A DNA stretch of 64,000 bases from an uncultured virus (IMG/VR IMGVR_UViG_3300020572_000004) (lineage: Duplodnaviria; Heunggongvirae; Uroviricota; Caudoviricetes), in IMG/VR virus record IMGVR_UViG_3300020572_000004, one strand, 5' to 3'. The notes under the pieces were generated by a model. That model made no database searches and had not been told where the DNA came from. It saw only the letters and a program-made list of their open reading frames with translations. Positions within the stretch are counted from its first letter, which is position 1, and each line of letters begins with the position of its first letter. Below, in pieces: positions 36,860 to 45,980 of the stretch. The position numbers were made by a program, and so were the translations under genes.

Positions 36860-37225
36860 TTAACTAATTCTATTCACATAACCAAATACATTAACTCCAC
36901 TTAATGTTGGTGAATTTCCATATATTGAAAATCCAGTCGTACCATCACCTTGGGCAATAAGCCCTGGGCATACTAAAACACTGCCAGCATAAGCTTCTAT
37001 AACGCCCTCAAATAATATATCTGTGGTAAAGTCTGTGCCGCCATACAACAGGTTAAACGTAACATCAGCTGATGTTGGATTGGAGGCATACAGCCAAACC
37101 TCATCTATAATACCTGAACTTGCTGGTGTAGTATGTATAGTTTGAGTGTTTGTCCCAGTGGCTGTTATAGTAATTGATTTACCGCGGGCACTTTGTGATA
37201 GGAATTGTTTTGTATAGGTTGCCAT
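36860..37225 (-). CDS. hypothetical virion-associated beta protein
   Basis: 121 aa, DEVWLYASN, VNVFGYVNRIS; located in the fibre cluster. Confidence 0.65.
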   Translation of the reverse strand: MATYTKQFLSQSARGKSITITATGTNTQTIHTTPASSGIIDEVWLYASNPTSADVTFNLLYGGTDFTTDILFEGVIEAYAGSVLVCPGLIAQGDGTTGFSIYGNSPTLSGVNVFGYVNRIS

Positions 37226-37241
37226 AAATTTATTTAGAGGG

Positions 37242-38237
37242 TTATAGGAATAAAGCTAGACCAATTATTGAACTAGCATTATCATTTATAAGATATCTAT
37301 CGTCAGCCAGTTGTCTTGTGAGAATACTAGCTGACGTAGCAGCTGTTTGGTTGGGTAATGTGTTAGAAACACCGTCGGCCGTGATGGAGCCCGTGAACGC
37401 CGGGCTGGCGAGCGGTGCCTTGAGCGCGAGCGCGTCAAACACCGCGTTGCTGGAGACCGCGTTGGCGCTGCCGTCGATGATGGTGGTTTCGACGGTGGTT
37501 TCGACGGTCGATGACACAACGCCAGCGGTGATGTTGATGCCTGTGCCTGCGGTCAGGTCTCCCGTATTTGTACCGCTTAGATTTGTTGCGCTGATCGCTC
37601 CTGTAAAAGTTGCACCACTTAGATTTGCTTTGAGATTTAACGCGGTTTGCTGCGCAGCCGATACTGGCTTGTTTGCATCGCTTGTGTTGTTGACATTGCC
37701 TAAATTGACTGCAACTGTACCACCACCATCTGGCAGTGTCCATGTACATGCAGCGGTTAATGTGGCTGGCGTTAATCGCCCAGTATTGCCGTCTTTAATC
37801 CAGCGCAGCACGCCATTTACTCTTTCAACTGCAAATACTGTTGCCGCCGCGTTTTGAAATGATGCAATATCACTGCCAGTATTGGAATTGATTTGAGCGC
37901 CGCTGCCGCTCCCACTGGTTAGCAATGCGGCAGTACCAGACACACTACGCGCTGCAAAACCATTGCTGCCATTAGTTCCGCTTGCGTCTATTGCAAATGT
38001 ACCGGTTCCACCAGTTGCTGTTGCATATATTGCTGCAGCTCCTGCAACTGTGCGAGCTGTGGTAAAATTAGCATACCCATTCCCATCACGTTTTACAATG
38101 GCATTGGGAGTTTCTACGCCTGTGCTAAATACAAAATCAAGATAATTTAAACTCTTTGCATACAGAGTCCCAGGCGCACTTAAAGACACATTAATACCAG
38201 GCGGCTGTGCGATTCTAACTGTTAAGTTGTTGTCCAT
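37242..38237 (-). CDS. tail-fibre-like protein
   Basis: IVKRDGNG, LGNVNNTSDANKPVSAAQQTAL, KAPLASPAFTG; TAATG overlap with the upstream gene. Confidence 0.7.
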   Translation of the reverse strand: MDNNLTVRIAQPPGINVSLSAPGTLYAKSLNYLDFVFSTGVETPNAIVKRDGNGYANFTTARTVAGAAAIYATATGGTGTFAIDASGTNGSNGFAARSVSGTAALLTSGSGSGAQINSNTGSDIASFQNAAATVFAVERVNGVLRWIKDGNTGRLTPATLTAACTWTLPDGGGTVAVNLGNVNNTSDANKPVSAAQQTALNLKANLSGATFTGAISATNLSGTNTGDLTAGTGINITAGVVSSTVETTVETTIIDGSANAVSSNAVFDALALKAPLASPAFTGSITADGVSNTLPNQTAATSASILTRQLADDRYLINDNASSIIGLALFL

Positions 38238-38851
38238 TATGATATGTTGTACCAATTAACTCCATTACTTTGAACTTTTACTGTTTGCCATTGCGTAAGT
38301 ATTGTTGGATTAACGGTGGCATCAACAGTACCAACTATTGTTACCACATTTGCGGTAGCATCAATTTTCTTTATTATGAAAATTTTGTTGGGTGCTGCTG
38401 CTGCAGATGGAAGAGTAATACTTATAGCATTATTTACACAATTACATAGCACAGTATTGTCTGTTACTTTAAGAGCGTAGGACGCAGTTACTGTAAATAT
38501 TTGCGCATTGAAAAGATTGCTGCTGGCGCCAGCATTAAAATCAATTTGGCCTTCAACCACTCTTGTAACTTTACCAGTTGATGTTTGCGTTATTTCTACA
38601 TCATACAAGTAACGGCCGGGTTTTATAGCCGCTGTTGTAGCAGAATCCAATGACAGCTGCAGTTGTCCAGTTGTTGGTTGTGGTATAGCCACAACAAAAT
38701 CATATGACGTACTGCTGGTGTAAGATTTACGAATCTTGCCACGCGCAGTATAACCAGTAAGATTTACATCAAATGCATCACCACTTCCTACATTAACAAC
38801 TGTAGAAAAATTTGACCCTTGATCCGCATATAAGTCTGCATACATTGCCAT
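38237..38851 (-). CDS. virion structural protein (fibre-attachment-like)
   Basis: DQGSNFS...LTGYTARGKIRKSY...GRYLYDVEI...RVVEG; own late promoter. Confidence 0.7.
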   Translation of the reverse strand: MAMYADLYADQGSNFSTVVNVGSGDAFDVNLTGYTARGKIRKSYTSSTSYDFVVAIPQPTTGQLQLSLDSATTAAIKPGRYLYDVEITQTSTGKVTRVVEGQIDFNAGASSNLFNAQIFTVTASYALKVTDNTVLCNCVNNAISITLPSAAAAPNKIFIIKKIDATANVVTIVGTVDATVNPTILTQWQTVKVQSNGVNWYNIS

Positions 38852-38879
38852 ATTCTGTATTTATAACAGAGGACTATTC

Positions 38880-39557
38880 TTATTTTAAAGTGTCTTGCAA
38901 TGATGCAGAATAGGCACACCATTCTGCATCATACTTAAGGTCAGATTTTATACCAAGCCAAGGGCCGCCTTCAGTAAAATGTAATGCCTTTGGTTTCTTT
39001 TCAGATGTTTCGGTATACCAGCCGACTAGCCAATTCCACTCATATGAAATTTCACCAATGTCAGAGTCGTCTAACCATTGGAATCGATGTAAGAAACTAG
39101 CACTCGCAGAGTTTAGCAAATCACCATCAAGAATTTTATTTTTAGGGTGAGTATTGTTCCATAAGATCAAGCTACTCCAATTTTTCCTAGGATAAACACT
39201 TTGAGGTTTATCATTCATCTTTACAGCATTGCATGGAGTATAGTCATGCTTTACAACTTGCACTGCATATTGAGGATCGCATTGATCTATTAGCTTTTGA
39301 ATATCTTCTAGGAATAAAAAGTCGCTGTCACAAAATATACTCCATCCTTTGTAATCATTTATGAATGGCACATAAAAGCGTGCATATGTGAAAGGAGTTG
39401 ATGCAAGCGGATCGCATGGGCGGTCATAGCCAACTATAGTATCAGAGTTAATTTTACTTATGGCGATAGCATTAGAACTGCTATTCTTAATGATGGAATG
39501 TTTGCATACTTGATATGCAATGTCCTGTGAGTCGTCATATCCGATGTGTATGTTCAT
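38880..39557 (-). CDS. glycosyltransferase (GT-A, GT8-like)
   Basis: IGYD...CKHSI, STPFTYARF, DSD (DxD), YPRKNWSS, EWNWL, HFTEGGPW. Confidence 0.85.
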   Translation of the reverse strand: MNIHIGYDDSQDIAYQVCKHSIIKNSSSNAIAISKINSDTIVGYDRPCDPLASTPFTYARFYVPFINDYKGWSIFCDSDFLFLEDIQKLIDQCDPQYAVQVVKHDYTPCNAVKMNDKPQSVYPRKNWSSLILWNNTHPKNKILDGDLLNSASASFLHRFQWLDDSDIGEISYEWNWLVGWYTETSEKKPKALHFTEGGPWLGIKSDLKYDAEWCAYSASLQDTLK

Positions 39558-39560
39558 ATT

Positions 39561-40112
39561 TTAATATAATTGGGTAATAGTACCAGATTTAATTAAAGTT
39601 TTATAATAAAGAACTTGTTGAAAAACTGGAGTTGTAAAATTACTAGAATCTTTTTTAACATTATCAATACTTATATTACCATTTTCATACAAGTCAAATC
39701 CACATACATTTATCTTATGAGAAGGATATCTCAATAACGCTAACAATATAGAACTGATTCCAGCATCTGGCATATATGAATTGTTTAAATTTGCAACATT
39801 ACCAAAATACTTTTTAATGTAAGACATTTCATTTTCATTTATCATTTTTAAAATTAAATTAAACTGTTCATAGCATTCAGCATCATCTGAAGATATCCAA
39901 ATGTCTAAGTTTTTTAACTCGTCAATATGATTAGATAATTTATCAGGAGACTGTGTTGAAAAGATATGCGTCTTAAGTCCAATGACATCATGGTTGTTGT
40001 CATTTGGTAAATGATTAACTCTTATAATAATGTCATGTGAATCTATAAGAGAACCTATTTTATGAGATAACAGTGAACTGCCTTTTGCAACAATACATAT
40101 GCGGCTATTCAT
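39561..40112 (-). CDS. GT29 sialyltransferase-like protein
   Basis: L-motif-like RICIVAKGSSLL...GSLIDSHDIIIRVN; S-motif-like PDAG...INVCGFD. Confidence 0.7.
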   Translation of the reverse strand: MNSRICIVAKGSSLLSHKIGSLIDSHDIIIRVNHLPNDNNHDVIGLKTHIFSTQSPDKLSNHIDELKNLDIWISSDDAECYEQFNLILKMINENEMSYIKKYFGNVANLNNSYMPDAGISSILLALLRYPSHKINVCGFDLYENGNISIDNVKKDSSNFTTPVFQQVLYYKTLIKSGTITQLY

Positions 40113-41394
40113 GTTGCGGTAAAATAAAATTTTGTTCTATTTCAGTATAAACGTTATGCGAACAACTCATTCCTACTTTTTTACTGTTAGTAATCAAGTT
40201 ATTAATATGTAAATATTCCGTTATAACTGATTTATATTTTTGAGTTTTTAGCTCAGGAGATAAATTTAAAAATTCCTGAACAAAAATTTTATCTAAAAAT
40301 GGATATCTTAATTGCACTCCATATGCACCAACTATATATTCAAATTCATTGCAAAAATGCTGAGTAATGTAAGAATAAAAATGAAATGGTTTTTGTAAAT
40401 TATAAAAATACACGCCATCTTTTTTATCATTTGACATTATTGCATCAGCACCACTTCCTGAAATAATAACATCATACCCATCTTTTTTAATAACAGATAC
40501 CAATTTAGAAAGCATAAAAACTACAACATCATGTTTATAATTTTCAAAATCTTCCATATTGTTTGAAATGTTTTTAAATTCTATCAAATCATTAACACTT
40601 TTATTTTTGTAATAGTCAATAATTTTATACGACATGTTTTGGTCTTCACACTTTTTAAGTCTGTCGTCCATTACAATTTCATTTTCTCTATTGTTTTTGA
40701 CGTAATAAAAACAGTTTTCTTTTTTATTATTTAACAAAAACCATTGAAAAATTGCTCCACTATCATGACCTGAACTTAATGGTATTGCACATTTTTCATT
40801 GCATCGTATTTTTATAGCATTTTCTAAAGCAGCGATACAATCATCGTATGTAGTTTTATATTCTTTTAAGTTAAATTTGCTATGGCTATATTCTTTTATT
40901 GATAAGTCATTTAACTTTAATTCTATAAAAGAAGAATCTTTTACTCTAATTGGATTAGCAAAACCCAAAAGTTTTAATTCAGACGCATACGTGGCAATTC
41001 CAACATTTCCATTTTCTATACTATAAAATAACGGTTTAGTTGAAAAAATATCGCTATATAGATAAATAACTTCATTGGTTTTATCCATAAGCATTATTGC
41101 ATATTCGCCGTTTATATTTTCAACGAAAGTCTTTCCATACTTTTCATATAAAGATATTACCAGTGATGTCTGATCGTCCGAAGTAGGACTATAAATTTGA
41201 CCATCAAATAAAACAGTTATATTATTATGATTTATTGGTTGAGTTATACATTTTTTTGATACATCCAATAAATTATGTATCATATTAAATCCATTTACCG
41301 TACATATATTTGTAATATCCGGTCCTCTTTTGGCGGAGAAAAAATTTAAATTTTCTACATTTAAATCTTTATCAGTAAATATAAAACTAGACAT
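40105..41394 (-). CDS. asparagine synthetase-like ATP-dependent amide ligase
   Basis: RGPD, FDGQIY, KPLFY, LSSGHDS, SGSGAD, RYPFLD; lacks the N-terminal catalytic Cys. Confidence 0.8.
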   Translation of the reverse strand: MSSFIFTDKDLNVENLNFFSAKRGPDITNICTVNGFNMIHNLLDVSKKCITQPINHNNITVLFDGQIYSPTSDDQTSLVISLYEKYGKTFVENINGEYAIMLMDKTNEVIYLYSDIFSTKPLFYSIENGNVGIATYASELKLLGFANPIRVKDSSFIELKLNDLSIKEYSHSKFNLKEYKTTYDDCIAALENAIKIRCNEKCAIPLSSGHDSGAIFQWFLLNNKKENCFYYVKNNRENEIVMDDRLKKCEDQNMSYKIIDYYKNKSVNDLIEFKNISNNMEDFENYKHDVVVFMLSKLVSVIKKDGYDVIISGSGADAIMSNDKKDGVYFYNLQKPFHFYSYITQHFCNEFEYIVGAYGVQLRYPFLDKIFVQEFLNLSPELKTQKYKSVITEYLHINNLITNSKKVGMSCSHNVYTEIEQNFILPQHE

Positions 41395-41402
41395 ATTATG
41401 AT

Positions 41403-42098
41403 TTAATCAATGTTATCGTTATAAAAATGGTAAGATTCTAATTGATGTGATAATACTTTTTCCAATTCATCTCGCCGATGATTAAAACAATCCAATTTTT
41501 TTGCTTTCATTTTTTCATCATATATTAAGTTTAAATTAAAACCAGCATTGACTATGTCAATTGATTTTTTTAACTTTTCAACAGTACCAACAAATTGGAA
41601 TTGAGACAAATCCTTAAATTGATTTAATGCGTCATACTGTGTTTCATATATGACATTTTTACAATGGGCGGTGAGAGTTACATTATCTGGATTTTTAATA
41701 TACATATCAATAAATGAATCTAAATCACCATTATATTCTTCATATATTTTATCGCATTTATTGAGTTTTTTACTTCCAATTTGATGCTGCATATACCAAA
41801 AACATTGATAAACCCGGTCTACGGGATTTTCAATTATTGTATATTTTTTAACATTTTTAAGATAATCAAATCTGTCTGGAGGAAAAACCCCAATTATTGT
41901 TTGATTTTTTTTAATAAGTTTATATGTAAACGGAGGAAGCCGCCATAAATTATTTGAAGAATTGTATTGAGATTCATCTTTTAATTTCCAACCTCCTCCA
42001 TGTACATAGAAAGTATCATTATTAATTTGTTCCTTAAGAGATTTAAAATACCTATTTGGTTGAACAACAAAACATTTATATTCATGGGCGTTTATCAT
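41403..42098 (-). CDS. sulfotransferase-like protein (divergent)
   Basis: YTIIENPVDRVYQCFWY resembles the 3'-PB motif; FVGTVEKL; no clear 5'-PSB motif. Confidence 0.45.
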   Translation of the reverse strand: MINAHEYKCFVVQPNRYFKSLKEQINNDTFYVHGGGWKLKDESQYNSSNNLWRLPPFTYKLIKKNQTIIGVFPPDRFDYLKNVKKYTIIENPVDRVYQCFWYMQHQIGSKKLNKCDKIYEEYNGDLDSFIDMYIKNPDNVTLTAHCKNVIYETQYDALNQFKDLSQFQFVGTVEKLKKSIDIVNAGFNLNLIYDEKMKAKKLDCFNHRRDELEKVLSHQLESYHFYNDNID

Positions 42099-42982
42099 AA
42101 CTCTTTATCCGATAGTAAATTTACGCTTTCTTTCCCAATTAAGGTTCCTTTGATATTACAGTTTGCGCACGCCGGCCCAACACGTTTGCCGTTTGCTAAT
42201 TGTGCACGGACCTTAACCAATTCTTCACCATACCAAATATCACTTAACGAATGAGTATTGATATTACCCAATCCTTTATGAGCTTTTTTCCAATCATTAC
42301 AACACAATAAAGCATTTCCATTCCAATCAATAATAACTTTGTAAAAAGGCAAGTAACATGGAGAATTGATGTTAAGATTTTCTTTTTGAGAATCAACATT
42401 TACTGAACCTGAGCGATTGTTAAAGTTATTGCGATTCATAAGATCTTCAGTAGTTTCCTCTGGGTTAAACCACAATTCTCTTATATCATAATTATGAAAA
42501 CCATTCTTTTCAAACAACAATGTAAAATGTTTTTTTCTTTCAGCGCCGTCGTAACAACTAACAATAACCTTGTTAAAGTTTCTTTTGATTATTTCATTGA
42601 TTGTTTTATCATTTAAAAAGTCACCATTGGTTGTCAATACCAAATGATTGTTTGGTAATGTGTCTCTTAGTGTAGAAGTCAATTCAAGAAACTTTGGATG
42701 CGTGAATGATTCACCAAAACCTGAGATATGAAAATCGCCTTCAAAGCCTTCAGCTAAACATTTATTTGCAATGTTTGTAATGGTTTCCGAGCTCATGAAT
42801 AGCTTTTGATTTGGGTAAACCGTAGAATCACCGCGAGGGCAAAATGAACATTTGCGTGTACACAACTCAGTGACGCTCAACTCAATTGTGGTTAATCCTT
42901 GCAGTTTATATAAAAAACTATCCTTTAAGCTGTTAACATAATATCGCTCATTTCTTTTATTGATGTGATACTCACCATTCAT
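42095..42982 (-). CDS. radical SAM enzyme with SPASM/twitch domain
   Basis: CTRKCSFC, GFGES, TTNG, CYLPF...IDWNGNALLCCND...GNI...CANC. Confidence 0.9.
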   Translation of the reverse strand: MNGEYHINKRNERYYVNSLKDSFLYKLQGLTTIELSVTELCTRKCSFCPRGDSTVYPNQKLFMSSETITNIANKCLAEGFEGDFHISGFGESFTHPKFLELTSTLRDTLPNNHLVLTTNGDFLNDKTINEIIKRNFNKVIVSCYDGAERKKHFTLLFEKNGFHNYDIRELWFNPEETTEDLMNRNNFNNRSGSVNVDSQKENLNINSPCYLPFYKVIIDWNGNALLCCNDWKKAHKGLGNINTHSLSDIWYGEELVKVRAQLANGKRVGPACANCNIKGTLIGKESVNLLSDKEL

Positions 42983-43002
42983 ATTATATTATATATTCCG
43001 TT

Positions 43003-43953
43003 TCATTTAAAAAGTATTTGAAAAGCTTCAATGAATTGTTTTACAATTTGACTGTTTGTATGTTCGTCTTTTCTTATATTTCCATTAGCAATCATAGCAT
43101 CAAACAACTCTTTATGATGCAATAATCTTAAACATTGATATTCAAACTGTTCTACATTATCAGCTAATAGGAAGTCGTTTTCGTTTTTGTATATAGAACC
43201 CATTGCGCTATTCCCATTTATAATGAGAGGCGTACCCATTTTCCATGCTTGATACAATCGGTTAGCTGTCTTTTGACCTAATTTTGTATCTACATTATTA
43301 CCTTTGCTTTTCAATGAAAAATAAGTAGTTCTCTTGCGCACACAAAAATAAACATCTTCATCTCCAGAGTTATGATCATTTTCAAAATCAAATCGCAAAT
43401 TCACTCCTTTGTTTTTCATGTGATCTACAAAGGAATCACTGTATATTTCATCTATAAGTGTGGTCTTTCTTCCAGTATAATGAAAAACTTTGGGTGGCCA
43501 ACTTGCTTTACATTTGGTGTAATTTAATGCCATTGGATAATGTATGTATGTTAGCGGACCACACAAAACATGTTTAAGACCAATTCCAGTGCTTTTTATT
43601 ATGTCTAGATTCAGAATGGGTTTGAATGAAGACAAATTGCATGCTGCATACAAGTCAACTCCTGGTAATTGTGGGCGGTCGGTAACGATTTGAAGCGTCT
43701 TATACTTTTTGTTGATGTCTATGCAATCATGATTATCATAATGAAATACCACAGCATCATAATGATCTAAACAATCATCAGCTGATACTAACGATACATT
43801 ATGAAAACCAAAATTTTTTAATATCCAATAATAGTAACCGGTTGCGCTATGCTTACCTTTTAAGTAGTCATATCTTTGAGGGTTATCTAAATAATTTGGT
43901 AGAGATTCATCACACAAAAATGCAATGCTTTTGTTTAAAATAGTACTTAGCAT
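43003..43953 (-). CDS. putative GT-B glycosyltransferase-like protein
   Basis: C-terminal KTANRLYQAWKMGTPLII resembles the GT-B nucleotide-sugar-binding region; island context. Confidence 0.45.
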   Translation of the reverse strand: MLSTILNKSIAFLCDESLPNYLDNPQRYDYLKGKHSATGYYYWILKNFGFHNVSLVSADDCLDHYDAVVFHYDNHDCIDINKKYKTLQIVTDRPQLPGVDLYAACNLSSFKPILNLDIIKSTGIGLKHVLCGPLTYIHYPMALNYTKCKASWPPKVFHYTGRKTTLIDEIYSDSFVDHMKNKGVNLRFDFENDHNSGDEDVYFCVRKRTTYFSLKSKGNNVDTKLGQKTANRLYQAWKMGTPLIINGNSAMGSIYKNENDFLLADNVEQFEYQCLRLLHHKELFDAMIANGNIRKDEHTNSQIVKQFIEAFQILFK

Positions 43954-44660
43954 TAATCTAAAAAAGTAACATTTTCCATTTTTTTGAGTTGGCCAAAATA
44001 AAGCAATTCGTCTAAATAATAATGAACAGCTTTGATTTTATGACTTTGATCCCAATACCAGCCGCTTTGAAAACAATCAAATCCTGTTAAAAATATTTCT
44101 GCATCTGGATAGATTTGTAAAATTTTAAAAACAGTGCGTATCCCGCACGTTGGCTCTATAATTTTTTTTAAAGATCGAACATAGTTTTTATTATGTATTT
44201 TTAATATGTTTATGCATAATTGTTCAACATCATTTAAAGAAAAGTGTATAGCTTTCTTTTTTTCAACACCAAACATATTTAAACATTCAATATGACCTTT
44301 CCAATTTTTATTGGGTATTGGAGGCAATTCATTTTTAAGCTGAAGCTGTTTGTATAAAAGAGTGTATGCATTAAAGTTATTATTAGGATCTTCTTTAATG
44401 AATTCATTTGGAAACATAAACATTAATGTATGAACTTCATCTAAAAAAGTAAATTTTAATGGCTTATTGCGAATCTTACGATCAAACCATGCAAACCATT
44501 TACTTGAATATATTGTTGTTTTACTTCCAATATATTTTTCAAATCCTCGTGTTTCAAAATTTTTGATTCTTACTACTTCATCGCATGAATCAACAAATTT
44601 TCCGTTTTCTTTTCTAATAGAACCTACACCATTACCTATGATACATATTTTTTTTAACAT
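43953..44660 (-). CDS. GT29 sialyltransferase-like protein
   Basis: KICIIGNG...GKFVDSCDEVVRI...GSKTT; PTCG...LTGFD; HYYLDE (HxxxxE VS-like). Confidence 0.75.
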   Translation of the reverse strand: MLKKICIIGNGVGSIRKENGKFVDSCDEVVRIKNFETRGFEKYIGSKTTIYSSKWFAWFDRKIRNKPLKFTFLDEVHTLMFMFPNEFIKEDPNNNFNAYTLLYKQLQLKNELPPIPNKNWKGHIECLNMFGVEKKKAIHFSLNDVEQLCINILKIHNKNYVRSLKKIIEPTCGIRTVFKILQIYPDAEIFLTGFDCFQSGWYWDQSHKIKAVHYYLDELLYFGQLKKMENVTFLD

Positions 44661-44684
44661 GAAAATTAATAAATGAGATTTTCA

Positions 44685-45401
44685 TTATATGTTGCGTGTT
44701 GCATATAATGTATGTATTTCATTTATAAAATCTGGCGCAGGTAATAGTATACTAGGCCAATATTCAAACAATTCTTCTTTGGACTTTATAGAATTTAATG
44801 TTGATGAAGGATTAAATTCTGTGATCAAATTCATAATTTCTTTAACTGTATCTGCATCATATGAAGAATCAGGCAAATCAATTTCACTTTTAAGATATTT
44901 TAAAATTTCAACTTTATGCAATTCAATTTGAGCTTTCCATACTTCTTTTATTCTAATCAAGGTATCTTCACCGCCACTTTCAAGACTATCAAATGATGGT
45001 AAGCCAAGCATACACACCATCTTAAGATCATTTAAACTTACGTTTTCATTAAAAAAGTAATCATTAAAATTATTAAATGAATCGGAATAATCAAAATTTA
45101 ATATTTCTTTATAATCTGCTTTTATTTTTTCTGCTTTATCTAAGAAATATTTTTTAACATCAAAAGTGTCATCTTCTTTTAGCGATTCAAACTTGATAAT
45201 ATCACAACCTTTAATGGTTTTTGTTTTATTATCTATATGTGAAACAAGATGAAAAACATCATTAGTTGTATCATAAAAATCTACATCTTCTACTTTGTAA
45301 AAAAACTTAGTATATACAACATCTTCTCGTTCTTTATAAGTAATACACACAGGCCCATTACATATATCTTTTTTGAAAATTTCTAAAAATGGTGTATTCA
45401 T
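44685..45401 (-). CDS. hypothetical protein
   Basis: 238 aa AT-rich ORF, first gene of the island. Confidence 0.7.
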   Translation of the reverse strand: MNTPFLEIFKKDICNGPVCITYKEREDVVYTKFFYKVEDVDFYDTTNDVFHLVSHIDNKTKTIKGCDIIKFESLKEDDTFDVKKYFLDKAEKIKADYKEILNFDYSDSFNNFNDYFFNENVSLNDLKMVCMLGLPSFDSLESGGEDTLIRIKEVWKAQIELHKVEILKYLKSEIDLPDSSYDADTVKEIMNLITEFNPSSTLNSIKSKEELFEYWPSILLPAPDFINEIHTLYATRNI

Positions 45402-45413
45402 ACTCTTTTTAAT

Positions 45414-45968
45414 TTATCCGACATTATGCCATGTTGTTGTGGCATAGCCAGTTACGGTGCTAGTGCCGCCTTTTGAAATGTTTGCGGTAAAGGTATAAGT
45501 TGTCCCGAAAAGATTATCTGTTACGGTTATTGTATATGCCACATCTCCAGCCAATCCATCAAATTGTGCGTATACTGAGCCGTCAAATCCGTTTTGAGAT
45601 AATGTTTGACCAGCTCGGCCTGTTACGCTTACGGTATAATTAGAACTTGAGCCATCAACATAAACTCTAATTGTACCGTTACTGTTATATGTACCAGCGG
45701 TTGAACTTAATACCGTTGCGGATGTTAACAGAAAATAAACTCTTTTGTAATACCAGCCAGACCCATAAAAATTACTTAACCGTATTTGCCCACTTGCAGG
45801 AACAGCAGCATTATTTGCTATACTTTTAACTACACCATTTACTGGTCCTAAGCTTGTACCAGGAGCTACTTTATGAAATGCATTGAAGCTGACATTAGAT
45901 TTTGATACTATATATTCGTCGGCAAGGTTGCCTAAAGATATTAAACCCGATGATTGAAGTTTTGACAT
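45414..45968 (-). CDS. fibre-tip-associated hypothetical protein
   Basis: LQSSGLISL...VPASGQIRLSNFYG N-terminal motif seen after S74-chaperone fibre genes. Confidence 0.6.
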   Translation of the reverse strand: MSKLQSSGLISLGNLADEYIVSKSNVSFNAFHKVAPGTSLGPVNGVVKSIANNAAVPASGQIRLSNFYGSGWYYKRVYFLLTSATVLSSTAGTYNSNGTIRVYVDGSSSNYTVSVTGRAGQTLSQNGFDGSVYAQFDGLAGDVAYTITVTDNLFGTTYTFTANISKGGTSTVTGYATTTWHNVG

Positions 45969-45980
45969 ATATTAAAGGTA

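Noticed and set aside
27437..38851. Diversity-generating retroelement acting on fibres
   Set aside because: No reverse transcriptase, and I saw no template/variable repeat pair differing only at adenines in this window.
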